59,683 nt of DNA from Acidimicrobiia bacterium (GCA_038904515.1 JBCKKA010000003.1:1-59683), one strand, 5' to 3'. Shown: positions 47,864 to 57,539, counted from the first letter of the stretch. Notes: a model not told the origin generated them from the letters alone. Program-made: numbers and translations.

Positions 47864-48649
47864 TCAGACTAAGTGAGTGAAGTCGCTCCAGAGACTCATG
47901 TCGAGACTCGGAACTAACTCCTTAGTGCGCAATACTTCCGCCTCATAGGCACCTACTAAATTGGCCCGATCCTCAGCACTCATGTTCGCTTGTTCCCCTC
48001 GGTTGCTATTTCGTGCCGTTTTTAAATCGACAGGAATAAAAGATGAATCGAGACCTAAAAATTCGTACGAAGCCGCTATTTGGCTAGCGGGTTCGCGTAG
48101 GCATTTTTCGAATTGCAGTACTTGTACACGCTCAGGAGGTATGTACTTAAATAAGTTCTCTAGTTGTAACGCGTAACAACCGAGCCGAAAAGCCTGACTA
48201 GAACTTTTATAATTTAATCGTCTGGTTTCTGATTGCAGTTCTAATCCTGATTGGTATCGGTCTACGGGATTTCGCAGCAAAATAATGAAACGAGCATCAG
48301 CCGCGGCAATGTTTAGTAGTGGTGGAATCCAGAAGTGGCTAAGGTATCCAGGGGAGAATTCACCGGTAATTGATCCAGACGGTCTAGGGAAATACGAATG
48401 GTATTTATCGACATCAGCATCCGTAAACGGTCTATTCCAGTAGCTTCGGAGGTAGTGCAATTCTTTAAACGGTTGCGGACTTGCCGCCGGATGCGATTCA
48501 ATCAAGTGATTCCACCAAGTAGTCCCCGCTCGCTGAGCTCCAAGACCTATGTAATCGGGCGCCCCCGTCGACCAATGCTCTGGGCAACGGGGAGGTTTGT
48601 GAATCGAACGATACTGACGGAATCTCTCGGTTACCCCTCGTAGTTTCAT
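47864..48649 (-). CDS. PAPS-dependent sulfotransferase family protein
   Basis: The 5-prime-PSB-like loop is IGLGAQRAGTTWW and the 3-prime-PB-like motif is ILLRNPVDRYQS. It ends 6 nt before the GT4 start. Confidence 0.75.
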   Translation of the reverse strand: MKLRGVTERFRQYRSIHKPPRCPEHWSTGAPDYIGLGAQRAGTTWWNHLIESHPAASPQPFKELHYLRSYWNRPFTDADVDKYHSYFPRPSGSITGEFSPGYLSHFWIPPLLNIAAADARFIILLRNPVDRYQSGLELQSETRRLNYKSSSQAFRLGCYALQLENLFKYIPPERVQVLQFEKCLREPASQIAASYEFLGLDSSFIPVDLKTARNSNRGEQANMSAEDRANLVGAYEAEVLRTKELVPSLDMSLWSDFTHLV

Positions 48650-48723
48650 GGTTTAAAAGATACTTAGAACCAGTTGGCTACGCTGCGCAGACAAGTTATT
48701 TTCGCTCAAAAAAGGAGCCCTGA

Positions 48724-50136
48724 GTGACCACAGTAAACGATCGGCCAGGAACCCTCGGTGAATTGCGAGCCGCAGGTTGGGTTTCGCGCCCAGTGAAACA
48801 AGAGGTGCGAGAAAACGCAACTAAGCGAATCGCCGAAGGGCAATCGGTAGTTGAAGGGGTGGTTGGTTACGAGCACACCGTTTTGCCCCAACTTGAGAAT
48901 GCGTTACTCGCGGCCCACGATGTCATTTTCTTAGGTGAGCGCGGTCAAGCCAAGACTCGCATAATTCGTTCTCTGGTTGACTTGCTCGACGAGTGGATGC
49001 CGATAGTTGCCGGTAGTGAAATAAATGACGACCCCTACAATCCAGTTTCGCAAGCGGCGCGTGAGTTAGTCGAAGAAATGGGCGACGCAACTCGAATTGA
49101 GTGGGTTCACCGCGATCGACGGCTAAGTGAAAAACTTGCCACCCCCGATACTTCTATTGCTGATCTAATCGGCGAGATAGATCCAATCAAGGTGGCTGAA
49201 GGTCGCTACTTGGCCGACGAGTTAACTATCCATTACGGATTGGTCCCGCGCACTAACCGAGGGATTTTTGCCATTAACGAACTCCCCGACCTTGCCGAGC
49301 GAATTCAAGTCGGTCTGTTAAATGTGCTTGAAGAGCGCGATGTGCAAATCCGGGGCTACAAGATTCGTCTACCGCTCGATTTGATGTTGGTGGCATCGGC
49401 TAACCCTGAGGATTACACCAACCGCGGTCGTATCATTACTCCACTGAAAGATCGTTTCGGTTCACAAATCCGAACGCACTATCCCCTTGATGTTGATCTA
49501 GAGATGGGAGTTATGGAGCAAGAAGTAGAAATAGCCGTCCCTGACGGTATGACCGTGATCGTCCCCGACTTTATGACCGAGATAGTGGCCATGATCAGCC
49601 AACTGGCTCGGCGGTCGCCTCACATCAACCAACGGTCGGGGGTGTCGGTGCGAATGTCGATCGCTAATTACGAAATTATGGTGGCCAGCGCGACTCGCCG
49701 CGCGGTGCGTAACGGCGAGACCGACATAGTGCCGCGGGTTAGCGATCTGGAATCCTTGGTGGCGAGTACTGCAGGGAAAATCGAATTCGAAACTGTCGAC
49801 GACGGTCGCGAAGGTCAGATTCTGGAGCGATTGGTGCAAGCAGCCACACTCGAAACTTTCCGTTCGGTTTGCGCGCCCGAGAAACTCTCGGAACTAGTCA
49901 CTGCTTTCGAGGGTGACATCGTCGTTCACACCGGAGACGATATTCCGGCTAAGGACTACACCGAGCTTTTGTCCAAGTTGCCCGGAATGAGCGGCGCGTT
50001 AAGCGATCTCGAAGTACCCGAAACACCAGCCGGTGTTGCTTCGGCCATAGAATTCGTTCTCGAGGGACTGCATCTTTCTCAGCGACTTAATAAAGACGCG
50101 ATAGGCGGAAAGTCGTCTTATCGAGCTAAAAGCTAA
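48724..50136 (+). CDS. ChlI/BchI-like AAA+ ATPase (often annotated as sigma-54-interaction-domain ATPase)
   Basis: Motifs seen: Walker A FLGERGQAKT, Walker-B-like GIFAINELPDL, and VASANPEDYTNRGRIITPLKDRF. The GTG start follows AAGGAG. Confidence 0.75.
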   Translation: MTTVNDRPGTLGELRAAGWVSRPVKQEVRENATKRIAEGQSVVEGVVGYEHTVLPQLENALLAAHDVIFLGERGQAKTRIIRSLVDLLDEWMPIVAGSEINDDPYNPVSQAARELVEEMGDATRIEWVHRDRRLSEKLATPDTSIADLIGEIDPIKVAEGRYLADELTIHYGLVPRTNRGIFAINELPDLAERIQVGLLNVLEERDVQIRGYKIRLPLDLMLVASANPEDYTNRGRIITPLKDRFGSQIRTHYPLDVDLEMGVMEQEVEIAVPDGMTVIVPDFMTEIVAMISQLARRSPHINQRSGVSVRMSIANYEIMVASATRRAVRNGETDIVPRVSDLESLVASTAGKIEFETVDDGREGQILERLVQAATLETFRSVCAPEKLSELVTAFEGDIVVHTGDDIPAKDYTELLSKLPGMSGALSDLEVPETPAGVASAIEFVLEGLHLSQRLNKDAIGGKSSYRAKS

Positions 50137-50164
50137 TCAGCCAATCGGTGAAAACAGAGCGGTT

Positions 50165-50557
50165 CTATAAGCCGCTGTCGCGTTTGTAAACATTGCAGGC
50201 TTGATTGGCGTAGCGGTTTACCGTATCGACGGCTTTTTGCACCTTGGGCCTGTCCTTAACTGTCGGGTCTTTTTTTACATCGCGAACTGCTTGCGCAAAT
50301 ATTTCGGCTTCGGCTTTTATTTTTTTTGGTGCGGTACGGGCTAGTTCTTCAATCAGCGGTAGCTGACGAGAAGCATTGGCCTCGCCAACCCGCTCTGCGT
50401 GTTGGAGTTCGGTGCTGTAGCGCTCGGCCGCTCGGCAAAAGGCGCTCGATGCGGAGAGTTTCTTATTTTCAGAAGAACTGCAGGCGGCCATTAAGAGCGT
50501 CGCCACCAATACCAGCACGAGTCCCACTCGGCCGCGGCGATGAGCTATTTGGTTCAT
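50165..50557 (-). CDS. lipoprotein, function unknown
   Basis: It has a lipobox, LLMAAC|SSS, after a basic and hydrophobic N-terminus. Confidence 0.55.
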   Translation of the reverse strand: MNQIAHRRGRVGLVLVLVATLLMAACSSSENKKLSASSAFCRAAERYSTELQHAERVGEANASRQLPLIEELARTAPKKIKAEAEIFAQAVRDVKKDPTVKDRPKVQKAVDTVNRYANQACNVYKRDSGL

Positions 50558-50659
50558 CTTCGTATTGTTGTGGCTTCAATTGCCGTAATCACTATTCAGC
50601 GCTCGGTTGCAGTATCGCCCAGCTAGGGCCTAGCTCGCCAGGAGACTACGGTTCGGGTA

Positions 50660-52684
50660 ATGGGTATGCGACGACGTAATCGGCTCGAACCGCCCAAGTT
50701 TCGCTATTCCGCTTGGGACGGCACCCAGACCGGCTTCAACTTTGATGCCGATGCTCTTCTCGACGAGGTCAGTGACGATCTGCTTTATCACGGTGACATT
50801 AACGCGGCGTTACGGCGCCTGATGCAGCAGGGCATGACCGACCGCGACGGCAACGAGATGATGGGTTTACGAGAAATGATAGATGCTTTGCGCGAACGCC
50901 GACGAGAAATGCTCGACCGTTACGATCTTGGTGGTGTTTATGAAGATATTGCCGAAAAATTGCGAGAAATTATTTCGGACGAGCGTACGGGGATTGATCG
51001 TCGAGTCGACGAAGCTCTTTCTTCCAACGACCGTCGGCGTGAAGAAATAGTTGAGGATCTTGCTAAACAACGCCGTGAAGAACTTGATCAACTCCCGCCC
51101 GATTTAGCCGGCATGGTTAAGTCGTTGCAAAGTTACGACTGGATGGATGACGCCGCGCGCGCCCGTTTCGAAGAGCTGATGCAAGATTTACGCGACCAAC
51201 TAATACAGAGCACCTTTAACCAGATGGCTGAAGGAATGGGGAACATGAGTCCCGAGCGCATGGCTCAAATGAAAGACATGCTGGCTGATCTAAACAAAAT
51301 GCTCGAACAGCGTGCTAACGGTGAAGAACCTGACTTCGAAAAGTTTATGGAGAAGCACGGCGAATTTTTTCCCGATAATCCTAAAAATCTCGATGAATTG
51401 CTCGCGCAAATGGCGCAATCGATGGCCCAAATGCAACAAATGCTTAACTCCATGAGTCCTGAACAGCGCGCCCAGTTGCAAGCACTTTCGCAGTCTTTGC
51501 TTGAGGATATGGATCTAAGTTGGCAAATGGATCAGTTATCTCGCAATCTGCAGGGTGCCTTTCCCGATCTTCCGTGGAATCGATCACAGCGATTCGACGG
51601 CGACGAGCCGCTCTCGATGGGACAGATGCCGGGCTTGCTCGATCAACTCGGCGATATGGACAATCTCGAAAACTTGTTACGCCAAGCCACTCAACCTCGC
51701 GAACTGGCTGAAGTTGATATTGACCGAGCCCGCGATCTCTTAGGTGACGACGCCGCCCGATCATTAGAGCGTTTAGCAGAATTGGCCAAAATGCTGGAAG
51801 AGGCTGGGCTCATAGAACAACGAGAAGGTCGCCTTGAGCTCACTCCGCGCGGAATAAAAGCACTCGGACAAAAAGCACTCGGCGATTTATTTAAGAAGTT
51901 AATGAAAGATCGCCCCGGCAATCACGACACCGAACGAGAAGGCATTGGCCACGATCCTGCTTACGAGCACAAGCCGTACGAATGGGGTGATCCGTTTCGC
52001 CTTGATGTACAACAAACGGTGAAGAACGCAATCTGGCGACAAGGTGCCGGAACACCAGTAAAACTTACCGCTGACGATTTTGAAATAGAAAAAACTGAGC
52101 AGGTCACTCGTAGCGCCACCGTTCTTTTGCTCGATGTATCAATGTCAATGCCTATGCGCGATAACTTTTTACCGGCAAAAAAAGTAGCGATGGCTTTACA
52201 CTCGCTAATTACCAGCCGCTATCCGCGTGATTATTTTGGTTTGGTGAGTTTTGGGCGAGTAGCGCGTGAAGTTGCTCCGGAGAAATTGCCCGAGATGAGT
52301 TGGGATTTTGAGTGGGGAACCAATATGCAGCACGCCCTGTTACTTGCTCGTCGCATGCTGGCGCGTGAGAGCGGAACTAAGCAGATCATCATGGTTACCG
52401 ACGGCGAGCCCACCGCCCACATACAAAACGGAGACGCGTATTTTAATTATCCGCCGTCACCGATAACGATCGAAGAAACTTTGCGTGAAGTCATGCGGTG
52501 CACGCGCGACGGAATAAGAATTAATACTTTTATGCTCGACGAGAGTTACTACTTGCGCGATTTTGTCGAGCGCATGATGCGGCTTAACGGTGGCCGAGCG
52601 TTCTTCACCACGCCGGACAATCTGGGCGATTATGTCCTGGTCGACTTTCTTGAGCAACGCCGACAGTCACGCCGAGCGAGCTAA
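50660..52684 (+). CDS. von Willebrand factor A (VWA) domain protein with a long acidic/coiled N-terminal region
   Basis: The C-terminal VWA domain carries the MIDAS motif LLLDVSMSM, then IIMVTDGEPT. The N-terminal 430 aa are rich in E, D, R and M. Confidence 0.8.
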   Translation: MGMRRRNRLEPPKFRYSAWDGTQTGFNFDADALLDEVSDDLLYHGDINAALRRLMQQGMTDRDGNEMMGLREMIDALRERRREMLDRYDLGGVYEDIAEKLREIISDERTGIDRRVDEALSSNDRRREEIVEDLAKQRREELDQLPPDLAGMVKSLQSYDWMDDAARARFEELMQDLRDQLIQSTFNQMAEGMGNMSPERMAQMKDMLADLNKMLEQRANGEEPDFEKFMEKHGEFFPDNPKNLDELLAQMAQSMAQMQQMLNSMSPEQRAQLQALSQSLLEDMDLSWQMDQLSRNLQGAFPDLPWNRSQRFDGDEPLSMGQMPGLLDQLGDMDNLENLLRQATQPRELAEVDIDRARDLLGDDAARSLERLAELAKMLEEAGLIEQREGRLELTPRGIKALGQKALGDLFKKLMKDRPGNHDTEREGIGHDPAYEHKPYEWGDPFRLDVQQTVKNAIWRQGAGTPVKLTADDFEIEKTEQVTRSATVLLLDVSMSMPMRDNFLPAKKVAMALHSLITSRYPRDYFGLVSFGRVAREVAPEKLPEMSWDFEWGTNMQHALLLARRMLARESGTKQIIMVTDGEPTAHIQNGDAYFNYPPSPITIEETLREVMRCTRDGIRINTFMLDESYYLRDFVERMMRLNGGRAFFTTPDNLGDYVLVDFLEQRRQSRRAS

Positions 52685-52721
52685 GGCTAAATCTCCGCGC
52701 GCTGATAAAAAATGCTCAAAA

Positions 52722-52739
52722 ATAGCCAATTCTGGCTAT
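52722..52739. promoter_or_regulatory. perfect palindrome ATAGCCA-ATTC-TGGCTAT downstream of the VWA gene and upstream of whiB
   Basis: Read directly from the sequence. It could be an operator or a weak terminator stem. Confidence 0.2.
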
Positions 52740-52962
52740 AAATCTTGAGAAAAATCGCCCAAATCGGACATTTCGCTGGGGATATCGAGGCTGCCCCTTG
52801 CATTATGTAGTTGATTGCGGGCAGCATGTCATCTATGGAATTCCAAGGATGTAATTCCTAGGGAATTTAGTTTTCAGTGTTCGCAAGGTTGGGGCGAGGG
52901 GCCCGAGCCGAACCCTTAGGACTATTGCCCTAAAGCGACATCACCCAGGCGGAGGAGATGCC

Positions 52963-53274
52963 ATGCAGGTCCAAGATTTCATTGAGATGGTAAAGGTCCA
53001 GAGGGCCGACCCCAATAGCCGTTGGCAGGAACGGGCCAACTGTCTTGGCGTTGATCCCGACCTGTTCTTTCCGGAGCGAGGAGCTTCGACTCGTGAGGCC
53101 AAGGGCGTCTGTCGGGGTTGTGAGGTTCGTCTGGAATGCCTTGAATACGCTCTCGTCCACGGTGAGAAGTTCGGTATTTGGGGTGGCCTATCCGAACGAG
53201 AACGCCGCCGAGTGCGACGGGAACGAGCTATGGCTCGTCGCCTAGCTCCGGTTGCTGACGCCGCTACCGCTTAA
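52963..53274 (+). CDS. WhiB-family [4Fe-4S] transcription factor
   Basis: The Cys pattern is C...CRGCEVRLEC, with GIWGG and a basic tail (ERERRRVRRER). GGAGGAG lies upstream. Confidence 0.9.
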   Translation: MQVQDFIEMVKVQRADPNSRWQERANCLGVDPDLFFPERGASTREAKGVCRGCEVRLECLEYALVHGEKFGIWGGLSERERRRVRRERAMARRLAPVADAATA

Positions 53275-53301
53275 GCGCGCAGTCTTTATCGCAAAACATC
53301 T

Positions 53302-54180
53302 TTAGGTTCGGCTTTTCAGTCGGCCCTCTACAGTGTCGTCGGCACTCAAACTGTGGCGGGCCACAAATTCCGGGCTTAGACAGGCAAATTCTGCTTCAGG
53401 CATTAGACCGACCAATTCGAGTTTGCTGACTGCTTGATTCATTGCCGCCGCGGCTTGTTCTACGGCAATGGTGGTGGCTTCAAGACCAGTTCGTTTTAAG
53501 TCGACCAAATTTAGTGAAACCTGGGCACAGCTCTTAGCCGCTAACGCAAAACCCAAGGCTCGCACTCCGGGTAATCCGCCGTCGCGTTCACGCAAGGTCC
53601 GCGCGATCGTGCGGGCGGCATCAACATCAAAACTGGCGAGTAAAAAATTTACTGCCACTAGAGGTTGTCGTGCTCCTACCGCAACGGCGCCCAAGCGAGG
53701 GTTTGCGGTGGATGGCCCATCGTCGGGTTCTCGTTCAGTAAAAGCGGTGGCGCGCAAAGTCGGGAGTGAACGATGTTCGGGGTCGGCGTCGTCGTAGAAA
53801 AATACTGGCAGTTCAAGTTCCACAGCAGCCCAACGACCAAAAGCGTGCGCGGCGTCGACGGCGATTTCGCTTGCTTCCGCTAACGCGCAGAACGGCACTA
53901 CGTCGAGGGCACCAAAGCGAGGGTGAACGCCTTGATGGTTGCGAAGATCTATTCGAGTATTCACCGCGCGGGCGAGATCGACTGCGGCTGGAATCGCGTC
54001 GGCGGGGCCTGGCCCCGCGAGAGTAAAAACGCTGCGGTTGTGGTCGGGGTCGATGTGCAGATCAAGCAGTTGGGGCCCACAAATCTCAACCAGTTCAGCC
54101 AGCACTACCGATCGGCGGCCCTCGGAGATATTGATAACGCACTCAAGCATGTCCACGAGGCTAGCCAGCCCATTGGACAA
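53302..54180 (-). CDS. glutamate formimidoyltransferase (FTCD N-terminal type)
   Basis: LECVINISEGRR near the N-terminus matches the ECVPNFSEGR signature. The length of about 290 aa fits. Confidence 0.75.
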   Translation of the reverse strand: MSNGLASLVDMLECVINISEGRRSVVLAELVEICGPQLLDLHIDPDHNRSVFTLAGPGPADAIPAAVDLARAVNTRIDLRNHQGVHPRFGALDVVPFCALAEASEIAVDAAHAFGRWAAVELELPVFFYDDADPEHRSLPTLRATAFTEREPDDGPSTANPRLGAVAVGARQPLVAVNFLLASFDVDAARTIARTLRERDGGLPGVRALGFALAAKSCAQVSLNLVDLKRTGLEATTIAVEQAAAAMNQAVSKLELVGLMPEAEFACLSPEFVARHSLSADDTVEGRLKSRT

Positions 54181-54211
54181 ATTGGTAAGTCAGAATCGGT
54201 AGGGTGAAGTT

Positions 54212-55234
54212 ATGAAAATTGGTTTGGCTTTGCCACAATACGACTACTCAATAGCGGGCGAGTCGCCACTCACCTTCGCCACATTGGCGCGGCATGCCCA
54301 GGCTGCTGAAAGTTACGGCTACGACTCGCTGTGGCTTTCCGATCACTTATTTCTTGATATCAAGAAGTACGGAGGGACCGCTGAGCCCCAAGGAGCGTTC
54401 GAACCTATCGCCACACTGGCCGCGCTCGCGGGGATAGTTCCACGCGTGCGGTTAGGAACTTTGGTGTTATGCGAAGCACTCCGACCACCCACGATGGCGG
54501 CTAAAGCGTTGTCGACTCTAGATCGCATTACTGGTGGCCGGCTTGATGTTGGACTAGGCACTGGTTATTACGAACCCGAATACGCGGCCATCGGAATGGA
54601 GTTACCTAGCCCCGGCGCGCGCGTGCAACGGTTACGAGAAGCGACCGAGATAATTATTGCGTTACTAAACGGCGAAGACCTTACTTACGAAGGTAAGTTT
54701 TTTTCCTGTACGGGCGCCCATCTAGATCCCCCTGCGCAACAAGTTCCGCGACCGCCAGTATTTATTGGTGGCAAAGGCGACAAAATGCTGGCGCTAATTG
54801 CTGAGGTGGCCGACGGGTGGAACACCTGTTGGGTCTGGACTCCCGAGGCGTACCAAGCGCGCGCGAAAGTTTTGGATCACGCGTGTGAATCAATTGGCCG
54901 GGACCCGTTATCAGTAGAACGCACTCTTGGCCTCTATGCGTTGGTCGGCGAAAATGAAGCCGATCTTGCCGCTCGTTTTGCTCGATTACAGCAAGCGACA
55001 CCCGCGGGCGTGCTTGATTCGATGTCGCTTGACGAATGGCGCAAGGGGCGCCTAGTGGGCACCGCGGAACAAGTGCGAGAGCAGGCCCAAGTTTGGTCTG
55101 ATCTTGGTGTGACGACGATCATCGTGGGCGCGGGAGCACTACCGTTTCAGATAGGGGCGTTAGCCGATGTTGCTGTTCTGGCTGAAGTTTTGGGGTCGGG
55201 TTCAGACGCCACCTCTACGGCAACGAGCGGGTAG
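54212..55234 (+). CDS. LLM-class F420-dependent oxidoreductase
   Basis: Motifs seen: YDSLWLSDHL, RVRLGTLV and GRLDVGLGTGY, all typical of LLM/F420 enzymes. Confidence 0.8.
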   Translation: MKIGLALPQYDYSIAGESPLTFATLARHAQAAESYGYDSLWLSDHLFLDIKKYGGTAEPQGAFEPIATLAALAGIVPRVRLGTLVLCEALRPPTMAAKALSTLDRITGGRLDVGLGTGYYEPEYAAIGMELPSPGARVQRLREATEIIIALLNGEDLTYEGKFFSCTGAHLDPPAQQVPRPPVFIGGKGDKMLALIAEVADGWNTCWVWTPEAYQARAKVLDHACESIGRDPLSVERTLGLYALVGENEADLAARFARLQQATPAGVLDSMSLDEWRKGRLVGTAEQVREQAQVWSDLGVTTIIVGAGALPFQIGALADVAVLAEVLGSGSDATSTATSG

Positions 55235-55267
55235 CCTGTTGGTACCGACCCGGAAAGGATGGGATCC

Positions 55268-55459
55268 ATGAACCTCGGACCCACCGAACTAATCATCATC
55301 CTCCTTATCGTGCTGCTGGTCTTTGGTAGCACCAAACTTCCGAAACTGGCTCGCTCTATGGGCCAGGCCCAGAAGGAGTTCAAGAAGGGTGTCAGCGAAG
55401 GCGGCGACAAAGACGGTGCGCCTGATTCTGATTCAGATGGTGGCACCAAGAAGTCCTGA
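55268..55459 (+). CDS. tatA: twin-arginine translocase subunit TatA/E
   Basis: The sequence is MNLGPTELIIILLIVLLVFGSTKLPKLARSMGQA. The ATG at 55268 is better spaced from GAAAGGA than the ORF-track ATG at 55259. Confidence 0.85.
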   Translation: MNLGPTELIIILLIVLLVFGSTKLPKLARSMGQAQKEFKKGVSEGGDKDGAPDSDSDGGTKKS

Positions 55460-55514
55460 TCTTTTACTGGCCTTATCTACGGGAACCTTCGCGACCTCGG
55501 CGTCGTTTTGATTC

Positions 55515-56018
55515 ATGGTTGACGGAATTCCCACGTGGGAAGAGGTGGCCCGAGATTACGGACGATTTCTTTACACGGTGGCATACCGACTAACCGGAAA
55601 TGATCAAGACGCTCAGGATCTGGTTCAAGAAGCGCTAATGCGGGTCCGGCGAGGACTTGAGCGCTATGAGCCGGGTTCCTTGAAAGGCTGGTTAGCCCGA
55701 ATCGTGACCAATGTGCACCTCGACAATATGCGGCGTCAGACGCGTCGGCCCACGAGTTCGTTTCCTGATGACCCCGATCAGGTATTGCCGCCCAGTCCGG
55801 CGGCCGATGAATTTAGTAGCGACCTCAGCGCGGATTTACAACGAGCGCTCTTGAATCTTCCCAACGAGTTTCGTATTCCCGTTGTGCTGTGTGATGTGGC
55901 CGATCAATCATACGAACAAATTTCTGCGGTCCTTGATATTCCGATTGGAACCGTTCGGTCTCGCATTCACCGCGGTCGTCGTATTCTTCGGAGCACCCTG
56001 GCTGGTATTGAACGATGA
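55515..56018 (+). CDS. sigE: ECF (group 4) sigma factor, SigE-like by synteny
   Basis: Region 2 is DAQDLVQEALMRV and region 4 is SYEQISAVLDIPIGTVRSRIHRGRR. A coupled anti-sigma gene follows, and htrA and tatA are nearby, as around mycobacterial sigE. Confidence 0.8.
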   Translation: MVDGIPTWEEVARDYGRFLYTVAYRLTGNDQDAQDLVQEALMRVRRGLERYEPGSLKGWLARIVTNVHLDNMRRQTRRPTSSFPDDPDQVLPPSPAADEFSSDLSADLQRALLNLPNEFRIPVVLCDVADQSYEQISAVLDIPIGTVRSRIHRGRRILRSTLAGIER

Positions 56019-56503
56019 CCGATTTTTCATCCACCAACAACGAATTCGATCTCAGCGAAGATCTGCTATCGGCTTATATCGATGGCGAGTTAGGCCCAGC
56101 AGATCGAAATTTGGTCGAATCTCATTTGGCCGAATCGGCACAGTGGCGAGTAGTGCTCGACGAAATAACCAATGTGCGTTCCGCGCTTAGAAGTCTTCCC
56201 GAGCGCGACGCTCCATCTGAGTTTTGGGAACGGCTTGCTGCGGTTACTGATACTGAAGCCGCGGTAATCGACATTGATAAATATCGCCGCCGTAATCGCC
56301 GCCGCAATCGATGGATGACCGCGATAGGTGGTGCCGCGGTTGCCGCGGTATTAGTAATCGGGATTGTCGTTATTCCTAAAACCGATAAAGCCCAACCGCC
56401 GATAGGAGTTTTCAGCAATCGTCACGCGGTGCAAGCGGTTAATGGCGGTGCACCAATTGTCGATTTGGTGTCGGTGGCAACCCGGAATCGATTTTCCCGA
56501 TGA
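56015..56503 (+). CDS. membrane anti-sigma factor (RseA-like)
   Basis: The start overlaps the sigma stop (ATGA). The N-terminal LSAYIDGELGPADRNLVESHL is the usual anti-sigma helix. There is a single TM helix (WMTAIGGAAVAAVLVIGIVVI). Confidence 0.7.
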   Translation: MTDFSSTNNEFDLSEDLLSAYIDGELGPADRNLVESHLAESAQWRVVLDEITNVRSALRSLPERDAPSEFWERLAAVTDTEAAVIDIDKYRRRNRRRNRWMTAIGGAAVAAVLVIGIVVIPKTDKAQPPIGVFSNRHAVQAVNGGAPIVDLVSVATRNRFSR

Positions 56504-57501
56504 GAGGGATTGGGCGCGTAGTCGTAGGAGTTGGTGCGCTGCTAGCAATCGCGGCCATACCGACGACACTTACCGTCACTTCGGTTAGCGCTGCTGACGA
56601 TCCGGCCGCGTTAATTACCGCTTCTCGACATGCTTCCGGAAACCTTGATGCTGAAGTTGAGATTCGGTGGCGACCAGGAAAGTCGGTTAAGTCGGCGCAA
56701 GTGCACGTGCGCGCTGATAACGGGAGCTTTTGGGTTGGTGACGGAGAATGGACCGCGGGCGGCGATGGTCGCTCTCTATGGGTATCCAAAGACGGAGTTA
56801 TCACTAGGTGGACCGCAGAAAACGAAGTTACGCGCCCCGATCCTGATGCGCAATGGGATCTCGTGATGGCCGGAAAACAAATGAGTCCAATGGGTTCGGT
56901 AATTGACTTAATCGACGCTCGTGACAACAAGGGCCGACGACGAGTTCGTCTAGGAATAGATCAAGCCAGTGGTCTGGAGGTTAGCCGCGAGGTTTATTCC
57001 TTAACTGGAGACTTGGTTCATTCGGTCCGGCTGATTCCCGCGGCAACCGATTCAGTAGTGACGAGTCCGCCACCCTCGGCTCCCGACGGCAAAAGCGATT
57101 CAGGTTCGGTTCCCGATACCGCCGACGATTTTCTTAGCCCTAATAATCTTGATCGCGGATTCAAACTTTTAGCTCGCTATGAATTCCCCAACAACATTCG
57201 GCAGTCGTTTTACTCCGATGGAATATTTACTCTGTCGATTTTTGAACAGAGCGCCAGCATCGATTGGGATGCACTGCCTGCTAGCGGTCGTGCGGTGAAT
57301 ATTGGTAACGCTAATGGTCGTTGGTATGTAACTGCCTCAGGATCGGTCGTGGTATGGGCCGATGGCGATCACGGGTTTACTAGCATTTCCGACGCGCCAC
57401 CCGATGTGGTAGTTGCCGCGGTGCGACCGATGCGACCGCGTTCTCTGTCGGAAACTGAAAAAATTGTCGATTTCGTTACCGGACCATTCGGCTGGAACTA
57501 G
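56500..57501 (+). CDS. secreted protein co-translated with the anti-sigma factor (possible MucB/RseB-like role)
   Basis: ATGA overlap with the anti-sigma gene. It has a signal peptide (VVGVGALLAIAAIPTTLTVTSVSA). I recognise no motif, so the role is inferred from position only. Confidence 0.45.
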   Translation: MRGIGRVVVGVGALLAIAAIPTTLTVTSVSAADDPAALITASRHASGNLDAEVEIRWRPGKSVKSAQVHVRADNGSFWVGDGEWTAGGDGRSLWVSKDGVITRWTAENEVTRPDPDAQWDLVMAGKQMSPMGSVIDLIDARDNKGRRRVRLGIDQASGLEVSREVYSLTGDLVHSVRLIPAATDSVVTSPPPSAPDGKSDSGSVPDTADDFLSPNNLDRGFKLLARYEFPNNIRQSFYSDGIFTLSIFEQSASIDWDALPASGRAVNIGNANGRWYVTASGSVVVWADGDHGFTSISDAPPDVVVAAVRPMRPRSLSETEKIVDFVTGPFGWN

Positions 57502-57539
57502 ATCTATACAGAGTATTTCTGAAAAACCCTTGGGTGCGG

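Noticed and set aside
56439-56930. A 163-aa minus-strand ORF across the junction of the anti-sigma and secreted-protein genes.
   Set aside because: It is antisense to a translationally coupled operon and has no motif.
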